The notes beneath the pieces were generated by a model. That model saw nothing but the letters and a program-made list of their open reading frames with translations, was not told the DNA's origin and searched no databases. The translations under genes and the position numbers were made by a program. A stretch of 37,571 bases of DNA from an uncultured Collinsella sp. (lineage in GTDB: Bacteria; Actinomycetota; Coriobacteriia; Coriobacteriales; Coriobacteriaceae): NCBI GenBank assembly GCA_900553475.1, contig USEF01000001.1, positions 1 to 37,571 of the forward strand. The letters are read 5' to 3'. Positions 1-7,532 of this stretch are shown here, in pieces; the first letter of the stretch is position 1, and every line of letters starts with the position of its first letter.

Positions 1-586
1 CGCAGGCCACGGCGCCCTTGAGCATAAACACCCCGTTGCCGTTGAGGTGGCGAATGACGTCAACGCGGTCGCTCTGACCAAGCGACGCTACATCCAGCCC
101 GCGCGCGCTCAGCAACTCGGAAATACTGCGGTCGATGAGCTCCTGCGTAGACTCCGAAAGACTTTCGACCTCGATAGACGCGGGCTCCGACTGCCTTGGC
201 ACAGCGTCGAAGCAGGCCATGAGCTGCTGAGTCATGGCGTTGATGGAGCGTATCGTGGAAAGATCGGTGTTGACGCAAAGCATGCCGACGATCTTGTTGT
301 CCTCACGGATAAAGTACGTCGCCGACTCCAGCGTCTTGCCACCGGCACCGCGTCCCTCGTAGCCCGTAATAAACGGCAGGGCGCGATACTTGGCGTCGTG
401 CATGATCTTGAGTGCCAGATCGGTGGCGGGACCGCCGACCTTGCGGCCGCTCACGATGCCGTTGCGAATATCGACGATGGCGTGGTCGGGATCCGAGAAA
501 TCGTGCAGCACGATTTCGCTGTTTTTGCCGAGTATCTGCTCCAGGAAATCGACCATCGGCAAAAAGCGACGTACGGTCTCGTTCAC
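1..586 (-). CDS. YheO-family transcriptional regulator (PAS_6 + HTH_22), 3' end runs off the window
   Basis: Not in the ORF track; translated by hand. AAAGGAG RBS then GTG at 586: MNETVRRFLPMVDFLEQILGKNSEIVLHDFSDPDHAIVDIRNGIVSGRKVGGPATD...RVDVIRHLNGNGVFMLKGAVA. The EIVLHD / NG..SGR.VG.P / G.F.LKGAV motifs are typical of YheO/DauR proteins. Confidence 0.85.
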   Translation of the reverse strand, partial: MNETVRRFLPMVDFLEQILGKNSEIVLHDFSDPDHAIVDIRNGIVSGRKVGGPATDLALKIMHDAKYRALPFITGYEGRGAGGKTLESATYFIREDNKIVGMLCVNTDLSTIRSINAMTQQLMACFDAVPRQSEPASIEVESLSESTQELIDRSISELLSARGLDVASLGQSDRVDVIRHLNGNGVFMLKGAVAC

Positions 587-618
587 GGGCAACTCCTTTT
601 GGTTCTATCGAAGTGTTC

Positions 619-822
619 ATAACAATTTTTTATCATGGTAACACGCTGCTCATCATCTCGTATATCCGCAGGTACATTGCGTAATACAGACGAACGGTAG
701 GAATTTAGCGGTAAACGGTTGACCAAAAGAAAAGTAAGATGTTATTTTGACCAGACACTTTCCTGACCTGCGGAAATGCGTTATCTCAGCTGAAGAATAG
801 TCTGATAACAAAAAATTATTAT
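619..822. promoter_or_regulatory. Pair of imperfect palindromes ATAACAA-N4-TTATYAT (619-636, 805-822), candidate operator sites
   Basis: ATAACAAttttTTATCAT and ATAACAAaaaaTTATTAT in the AT-rich divergent spacer between the regulator and the permease. Confidence 0.45.
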
Positions 823-937
823 TGAGAATGAGAATCATCTTTAATACGATATGCAACGAAGGCACAACCTCAACCCCGCACTGCGTCACAATAGAGCGTT
901 AGATGCGAAAACAACTATTTCGAGGATTGGTGGTCAA

Positions 938-2332
938 ATGACCCAGGAGACGGTTACGAACGGCACTGAAGCCCTGTTCACTCGCGAAGGCGTGCCTCCC
1001 GTTAAGGAAATGATCCCGTGTGCCCTTCAGCACGTACTGGCATCGTTTGCCGGCATCATTACCCCGGCGGTCATCATGGCCGGCGTCTACGGCTTTAATA
1101 GCCAGCAGAGCACCGACATCATTCAGGTTGCGCTCATTCTTTCGGCAATCGACACGGCCCTTCAGGCCTTCGCTCCCTTCCGTCGTATCGGCGGCGGCCT
1201 GCCCATCGTCATGGGCGTTTCGTTCGCGTTCCTGCCGGCCCTGCAGGCCATGGGTGCCTCGGGCTTTAGCTTTGGTGCGTTGCTGGGCGGCGAGATCGTC
1301 GGCGGTGCCGTTGCGGTCCTTTTTGGTCTGGCCTACAGCAAGATTAAGTGGCTGTTCCCGCCCGTCGTGACCGGTACGGTCATCTTCTCCATCGGCGTTT
1401 CGCTGTATCCCACGGCCGTCAAGTATATGGCCGGCGGTATGGGTACGCCGCTGTGGGGCACTCCGCAGGCCTGGTGCGTCGCTCTTATCACCTTCGCCGT
1501 GGTCTTTGCGCTCGCCAACTTTGGCAAGGGCACGCTCAAGCTGGGGTCCGTGTTCTTTGGCATGATCGTTGGCATGATCGTTTCGATCCCCTTTGGCATG
1601 ATCGACTTCTCCAGCGTCGCCACCGCTCAGGTCTTCGCCCTTCCCAAGCTCATGCCCTACGCGCTCGAGTTTGATCCCGAGGTCTGTATTACCCTCGCCG
1701 TCGTGTTCCCCATGGTTGCCATCCAGGTTATCGGTGACGTCTCCGCCGCCTGCCTGGGCTCCATCGACCGTATGCCCACCGAGCGCGAACTCTCCGGCGC
1801 CATCGTGTCCCAGGGCCTCACGTCTATGGTCGGCGGCCTGCTGGGCGGTCTTCCCACCAGCGCCCTTGGCCAGAACGTGGGCATCATCTGCTCCAACAAG
1901 GTCGTCAACAAGTGGGTCTTTGTGATCATCGCGGCCGTCTTTGCCATCGCCGGTCTGTTCCCGCAGCTCTCTGCCGTCCTTTCCGCTATCCCGCAGCCCG
2001 TCATCGGCGGCGCGACCGTCGGCGTCTTTGGCACCATCACCATGAACGGCGTGCGCATGTTCACCCGCGAGGGCCTCACGCAGCGCACCACCACCATCGT
2101 CGGTACCTCCGTCGTCTTTGGTCTGGGTATCTGGATGGCCAGCGGTTGCCTTGCCGGCGAGGGTATGCCCACCTGGGTGTCCACCGTCATCGGCTCCAAC
2201 GCCGTAACCCCTACCGCCATCATGGCCATTGTTCTTAACCTGATTCTTCCACAGACGCCGGTCGTGGCTCAGCACATCGATGCTGCCAAGGACGCTGCCG
2301 TGGATCTGGTCTTGCCCGAGAGCAAGAAGTAG
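938..2332 (+). CDS. Xanthine/uracil/urate permease (NCS2/NAT family)
   Basis: Very hydrophobic. Has the N-terminal ALQHVLA motif, FPPVVTGTVI and the NAT signature variant GQNVGII. Start taken as ATG 938 (MTQETV) after GAGGA/GGTGG. Confidence 0.93.
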   Translation: MTQETVTNGTEALFTREGVPPVKEMIPCALQHVLASFAGIITPAVIMAGVYGFNSQQSTDIIQVALILSAIDTALQAFAPFRRIGGGLPIVMGVSFAFLPALQAMGASGFSFGALLGGEIVGGAVAVLFGLAYSKIKWLFPPVVTGTVIFSIGVSLYPTAVKYMAGGMGTPLWGTPQAWCVALITFAVVFALANFGKGTLKLGSVFFGMIVGMIVSIPFGMIDFSSVATAQVFALPKLMPYALEFDPEVCITLAVVFPMVAIQVIGDVSAACLGSIDRMPTERELSGAIVSQGLTSMVGGLLGGLPTSALGQNVGIICSNKVVNKWVFVIIAAVFAIAGLFPQLSAVLSAIPQPVIGGATVGVFGTITMNGVRMFTREGLTQRTTTIVGTSVVFGLGIWMASGCLAGEGMPTWVSTVIGSNAVTPTAIMAIVLNLILPQTPVVAQHIDAAKDAAVDLVLPESKK

Positions 2333-2525
2333 CCAATTCGGTGCTATTCGTCGGACGCATCGCCTCGTCCGCCGACGTCATGCGGCGCCAAGCCGCACTT
2401 CAAAGGGTTTGTCCCTTTGGTGAAGCGTTGACGGGAGAGGGCCCGTTTCCGGTGTAGGCCGGCGCTTCGCACTTCCGCCATGTCAGAGGTGTCAAACCCC
2501 GCCTCTGATGTTGAAGGGAGCATTT

Positions 2526-3881
2526 ATGCTTCTGGTCGCTAACGGTTCCGTCTTTACCCGCAACGCTCAGACTCCGTTCATTCCCAACGGTGCAGTCGCT
2601 ATTGACGGAGATACGATCGTCGAAGTGGGCCCCGAGCGCGAGCTCAAGGCCAAGTACCCGGATGCCGAGTACGTCGACGCCCAGGGCAACCTCATCATGC
2701 CCGGACTTATCAACTGCCACACCCACATCTACTCGGGTCTGGCCCGCGGCCTTGCCATTAAGGGCTGCAACCCCACCAACTTCCTGGAAAATCTTGAGCA
2801 GCAGTGGTGGAAGATTGACGACAACCTGACGCTCGACGGCACCAAGGCAAGCGCCTACGCCACGATTCTGGACTCCATCCGCGATGGCGTCACCACGATC
2901 TTCGATCACCATGCAAGCTTCTGCGAGATCCCGGGCAGCCTCTTTACCATTAAGGACGCCGCTCAGGAGCTGGGCATGCGTTCGTGCCTGTGCTACGAGG
3001 TTTCCGACCGCCGTGGCCAGGAAAAGTGCGATCAGGCTATTGCCGAGAACGCCGAGTTTGCCCAGTGGGCCGCCAAGGAGCGTCGCGATAACGATAACCA
3101 CATGATCGCCGCAATGTTTGGCGGTCACGCCACCTTTACACTGTCGGACGAGACCATGGATAAGATGGCCGAGGCCAACAACGGTCTGACCGGCTTCCAC
3201 ATCCATGTGTGCGAGGGCATGAACGACGTGTGGGATTCCCGCCTCAACCGCGGTGGTATCAGCCCCGTCGAGCGCCTGCTGCAGCACAACCTGCTGGGTC
3301 CCGACACCATGCTCGGCCACTGCATCCACGTGACGCCTGCCGAGATGGATATCGTCAAGGAGTCCGGCACCTGGCTCGTCAACAACCCCGAATCCAATAT
3401 GGGCAACGCCGTGGGCTGCGCCCCCGTGCTCGAGTTCTTCCGCCGCGGCATCCCCGTGTGCATGGGCACCGACGCCTACACCCACGATATGCTCGAGAGC
3501 CTCAAGGTCTTCCTGATCATTCAGCGCCACAACGCCGCCATGCCCAACGTGGGCTGGTGCGAGGCCATGACGATGCTGTTTGAGAACAACGCCAAGATGG
3601 CGAGCAAGTACTTCGATCGCAAGCTCGGTGTGCTTGAGCCCGGCGCTGCCGCCGACGTCATCGTCATGGACTACAAGCCCTTTACGCCGCTGAGCGAGGA
3701 GAACATCGACGGCCACATGCTCTTTGGCATGATGGGCAAAAACTGCCGTACCACCATCATCAACGGCCGCGTCTTGTACAAGGATCGCGAGTTTGTCGGT
3801 ATCGATGAGGACAAGATCAACGCGTGGACCATGGCCGAGTCCAAGAAGCTCTGGAGCACGCTCAACGATCGCGCCTACTAA
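2526..3881 (+). CDS. ssnA: SsnA-like amidohydrolase (putative aminohydrolase)
   Basis: PGLINCHTHIYSGLARG, FHIHVCEG, GHCIH, NNPESNMGNAVG and GTD metal-binding motifs. GGGAG RBS before ATG 2526. Confidence 0.9.
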   Translation: MLLVANGSVFTRNAQTPFIPNGAVAIDGDTIVEVGPERELKAKYPDAEYVDAQGNLIMPGLINCHTHIYSGLARGLAIKGCNPTNFLENLEQQWWKIDDNLTLDGTKASAYATILDSIRDGVTTIFDHHASFCEIPGSLFTIKDAAQELGMRSCLCYEVSDRRGQEKCDQAIAENAEFAQWAAKERRDNDNHMIAAMFGGHATFTLSDETMDKMAEANNGLTGFHIHVCEGMNDVWDSRLNRGGISPVERLLQHNLLGPDTMLGHCIHVTPAEMDIVKESGTWLVNNPESNMGNAVGCAPVLEFFRRGIPVCMGTDAYTHDMLESLKVFLIIQRHNAAMPNVGWCEAMTMLFENNAKMASKYFDRKLGVLEPGAAADVIVMDYKPFTPLSEENIDGHMLFGMMGKNCRTTIINGRVLYKDREFVGIDEDKINAWTMAESKKLWSTLNDRAY

Positions 3882-4029
3882 TTACAAGTAGATTCGCGCG
3901 CGTCGGATGTTTCGCCGCATCCGACGCGCGTATAGGCGACCTCCGCGGGGTCGCCGGCGCTGTGCTAGCGCTACACCGTATTTGCGCCCGCCGCGCGGTC
4001 TCGCCGGGCGTTACAGAGAGGAACTCATT

Positions 4030-7029
4030 ATGAGCGACATCATGAGGCCGATCCCGTTTTCGCAGCTGATGAACTGGATCATCGAGGAGCACAAGACTCA
4101 GGGCGCCGTCTTTGGCGTGCGCAAGATGGTCACGACCAACCAGGAGGGCGCGCTTCCCATTTTTGACGAGCGCATCGAGACTCCGTTTGGCCCGGCCGCC
4201 GGTCCCAATACGCAGTTGGCCCAGAACATCGTGGCATCCTACGTGGCCGGTTCCCGCTTCTTTGAGCTCAAGACCGTTCAGGTTATGGACGGCGAGGAGC
4301 TCTCCAAGTGTGTCAACAAGCCCTGCATTGTGGCGCAGGACGAGTGCTACAACTGCGAGTGGTCGACCGAGCTCGAGGTTCCGCAGGCTTTTGCCGAGTA
4401 CGTGAAGGCATGGTTTGCCTGCCACCTGATCGCTCGCGAGTACGGCCTGGGCAGCCCGGACGGCTTTGTCTTCAACATGTCCGTGGGTTATGACCTGGAG
4501 GGCATCAAGAGCCCCAAGGTCGACGCCTACATCGAGGGCATGAAGGACGCCAGCGGCTCCGACGTCTGGAACGAGTGCCGCGCATGGGCGCTCGCCAACC
4601 TGGACAAGTTTGAGCATGTCGACGCCGCGTTTGTCGAGTCCATCCCGGCACGCGTCTCCAACTCCATCACCGAGTCTACCCTGCACGGCTGCCCGCCCGC
4701 CGAGATCGAGCGCATCGCGACCTACCTCATCACCGAGAAGGGCCTCAACACCTACATCAAGTGCAACCCCACGCTGCTGGGCTATGAGTTTGCACGTCAG
4801 CGCCTCAACGAGCTGGGCTTTGACTACATCGTCTTCGACGATACGCACTTCCGCGAGGACCTGCAGTGGGCCGACGCCGTGCCCATGTTCGAGCGCCTGA
4901 TTGCCCTGTGCGCCGAGCGCGGCCTGGAGTTTGGCGTCAAGCTCACCAACACCTTCCCCGTCGACGTGACGAGAAACGAGCTGCCTTCCACCGAGATGTA
5001 CATGTCCGGCCGTTCGCTGTTCTCGCTGACCATCGAGGCTGCCCGTCGCATTACCGAGCAGTTCGATGGCAAGCTGCGCATCAGCTACTCCGGCGGTGCT
5101 ACGGTCTACAACATCCGCGCCCTGTACGATGCCGGCATTTGGCCCGTCACCCTGGCGACCGACGTGCTCAAGCCCGGTGGCTACGAGCGCTTTAGCCAGA
5201 TGGCCGGCGAGTTTACCGACCTGGATGGCAAGCCGTTCGCGGGTGTCTCTCTCGAGGCTGTGACTGCGATCCAGACCGACTCACTCACCAACCCGCTCTA
5301 CAAGAAGCCGCTGCGTCCGCTGCCCGACCGCAAGGTCGCCGGCAAGAGCCCTCTTTCCGATTGCTTTACCACGCCGTGCCGCACGAGCTGCCCCATCCAG
5401 CAGGATATTCCCGCCTACCTGGCGGCCGTTGACGAGGGCCGCTACGAGGACGCACTCAACATCATCATCGAGCGCAACGCCCTGCCGTTCATTACCGGCA
5501 CCATCTGCCCGCATCCCTGCGGCCGTGCCTGCGAGCGTGCGTTCTACGAGCCCGAGGGCGCCCAGATTCGCGCCAGCAAGCTCAAGGCCGCCCGCGAGGC
5601 CATGACCGCCGTGCTGCCCAAGCTGCGCGCCCAGGCCATCGCCAACGACGGCGAGCGCAACGTTGCCGTTATCGGCGGCGGCCCGGCCGGCCTGGCGACG
5701 GCGTTCTTCCTGACGCGTGCCGGCGTGCCCGTCACCATCTTTGAGGCCCGCGATTCGCTCGGCGGCGTGGTCCGTCACGTGATTCCCGAGTTCCGTATCG
5801 CGAGCGACGATATCTCCCACGATGCCGAGCTCTGCCTAGCCTTTGGCGCCAAGGTGCAGCTCAACGCTCGCGTGGATTCCATTGACGAGCTCAAGGACCA
5901 GGGCTTTACCGACGTGGTCGTGGCCACCGGTGCCTGGATGCCCGGCTCTGCGGGCCTGGGCGAGGGCGCCGAGCTCGACGTGCTGGAGTTCCTCGAGGCC
6001 GCCAAGAAGGGCGAGAAGCTCGAGCTGGGCGAGGACGTCGTGGTCATTGGCGCCGGCAACACCGCCATGGACGCGGCCCGCGTGGCCAAGCGCCTGGCCG
6101 GCGTGAAGAACGTGCGCCTGGTCTACCGCCGCACCAAGAAGCAGATGCCCGCCGATGAGGAAGAGCTCGATCTTGCTCTTGCCGACGGCGTTGAGTTCTG
6201 CGAGCTGCTGGCACCTAAGGCACTCAACGGCGCCGTGCTGACCTGCGATGTTATGGAGCTTGGCGAGCCGGATGCAAGCGGCCGCCGCAGCCCCGTCGCC
6301 ACGGGCGAGACTGTTGAGCTTCCCGCCACCACGGTGATCTGCGCCGTGGGCGAGGGCATCGACGCCAGCCTGTACGATGCCGCGGGCGTTGAGCACGACC
6401 GTCGCGGCCGCCTTGCCGCTACCTCCACCGGCGTCGAGGGCGTCTGGGCTGCGGGCGACTGCCGCCGCGGTCCTGCCACCGTGGTCGAGGCTATCGCCGA
6501 TGCCGCCGAGGTCGCCCGTGCCATCGCCGACGTGGACTTTAACAAGTACGCCGACTGCAACGAGCAGGCCGGCCGCGAGGACACTTGCTACGAGCGCAAG
6601 GGGTCGCTGTGCCGCGACAAGCGCAACTGCACCAAGACCCGCTGCCTGGGCTGCGGCTCGGTGTGCGAGGTCTGCTGCGACGTGTGCCCCAACCGCGCCA
6701 ACGTGGCAATTAAGGTGCCGGGCCTGGCCAAGCATCAGGTCGTCCATGTCGACGGCATGTGCAATGAGTGCGGCAACTGCGCCGTGTTCTGCCCTTACCA
6801 GGAGGGTCGTCCCTACAAGGACAAGCTCACCCTGTTCTGGAGCGAGGAGGACATGGAGAACTCCGAGAACGAGGGCTTCCTGGCCGTGGACGAGGACCAC
6901 TTTAAGGTTCGCGTCGCCGGCACGGTCCGCACCGTCTCGGTCGATGCCGTCAACACCGGTCTTCCCGAGGCCGTCCGCCTGACCATCAGGGCTGTGCGCG
7001 ACAACTATTCGTACCTTCTTAAGAAATAG
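4030..7029 (+). CDS. ygfK: YgfK-like Fe-S/flavin oxidoreductase (annotated as putative selenate reductase subunit)
   Basis: MSDIMRPIPF start, PFGPAAGPNTQLAQNI, CRTSCPIQQDIP, GGGPAG and GAGNTAMD dinucleotide motifs, C-terminal CxxCxxxCxxCxxxCPNRAN and CNECGNC clusters. GAGGA RBS. Confidence 0.92.
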   Translation: MSDIMRPIPFSQLMNWIIEEHKTQGAVFGVRKMVTTNQEGALPIFDERIETPFGPAAGPNTQLAQNIVASYVAGSRFFELKTVQVMDGEELSKCVNKPCIVAQDECYNCEWSTELEVPQAFAEYVKAWFACHLIAREYGLGSPDGFVFNMSVGYDLEGIKSPKVDAYIEGMKDASGSDVWNECRAWALANLDKFEHVDAAFVESIPARVSNSITESTLHGCPPAEIERIATYLITEKGLNTYIKCNPTLLGYEFARQRLNELGFDYIVFDDTHFREDLQWADAVPMFERLIALCAERGLEFGVKLTNTFPVDVTRNELPSTEMYMSGRSLFSLTIEAARRITEQFDGKLRISYSGGATVYNIRALYDAGIWPVTLATDVLKPGGYERFSQMAGEFTDLDGKPFAGVSLEAVTAIQTDSLTNPLYKKPLRPLPDRKVAGKSPLSDCFTTPCRTSCPIQQDIPAYLAAVDEGRYEDALNIIIERNALPFITGTICPHPCGRACERAFYEPEGAQIRASKLKAAREAMTAVLPKLRAQAIANDGERNVAVIGGGPAGLATAFFLTRAGVPVTIFEARDSLGGVVRHVIPEFRIASDDISHDAELCLAFGAKVQLNARVDSIDELKDQGFTDVVVATGAWMPGSAGLGEGAELDVLEFLEAAKKGEKLELGEDVVVIGAGNTAMDAARVAKRLAGVKNVRLVYRRTKKQMPADEEELDLALADGVEFCELLAPKALNGAVLTCDVMELGEPDASGRRSPVATGETVELPATTVICAVGEGIDASLYDAAGVEHDRRGRLAATSTGVEGVWAAGDCRRGPATVVEAIADAAEVARAIADVDFNKYADCNEQAGREDTCYERKGSLCRDKRNCTKTRCLGCGSVCEVCCDVCPNRANVAIKVPGLAKHQVVHVDGMCNECGNCAVFCPYQEGRPYKDKLTLFWSEEDMENSENEGFLAVDEDHFKVRVAGTVRTVSVDAVNTGLPEAVRLTIRAVRDNYSYLLKK

Positions 7030-7040
7030 GCGAGTCTCTT

Positions 7041-7520
7041 ATGGCCAAATCCATTCAACATAACGTGGCCTACGTTGCCTGCGGAAGCGGTTGCGCCTCC
7101 GCAGGCGGCGACGCCCACTGCAGCGAAGGCTGCATTGGCTGTGGCGCCTGCGTCACGGCCTGCCCCCACGGCGCCATTGCGCTGGTCGATGGCATCGCCC
7201 GCGTGGACCGCTCCAAGTGCACGGGCTGTGGCCTGTGCGGCATGGCGTGCCCGCAGCGCGTGATTGCCTTCGTCCCCGGCTACCAGAACATTCTGGTGCG
7301 CTGCAACAACACCGATAAGGGCGCCATTGCGCGCAAGGTCTGCGACACGAGCTGCATCGGTTGCGGTATGTGCGCCAAAAAGTGCCCTGCCGGCGCTATC
7401 CGCATCGAGGACAACTGCGCCCATATCGACGGCGTGGACTGCCTGTCGTGCGGCATGTGCGCCGTCGTCTGCCCGCATGGCGCCATCCACGACCGCACCG
7501 GCATCGCCGCCGGCGTGTAG
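7041..7520 (+). CDS. Polyferredoxin (four 4Fe-4S motifs; resembles the RnfB C-terminal region)
   Basis: CIGCGACVTACP, CTGCGLCGMACP, CIGCGMCAKKCP, CLSCGMCAVVCP. Tightly packed between ygfK and xdh. Confidence 0.88.
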   Translation: MAKSIQHNVAYVACGSGCASAGGDAHCSEGCIGCGACVTACPHGAIALVDGIARVDRSKCTGCGLCGMACPQRVIAFVPGYQNILVRCNNTDKGAIARKVCDTSCIGCGMCAKKCPAGAIRIEDNCAHIDGVDCLSCGMCAVVCPHGAIHDRTGIAAGV

Positions 7521-7532
7521 AAGGGAATCACC

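Noticed and set aside
47..622. 191-aa plus-strand ORF and the 303-620 minus-strand ORF
   Set aside because: The real gene is the YheO-family regulator in another minus-strand frame (GTG 586), which the ORF track omits because it runs off the window.
2340..2515. Purine or Moco riboswitch, or tRNA, in the structured spacers
   Set aside because: I could not find the conserved core nucleotides of these riboswitches or a tRNA T-loop/cloverleaf. Kept only as an unassigned structure.
3907..4029. N-terminal extensions given by the ORF track for ygfK (also permease, ygeW, MocA-like, exonuclease, regulator 2)
   Set aside because: The extensions run through hairpin or promoter DNA. Downstream starts have clear SD sequences and family-typical N-termini.
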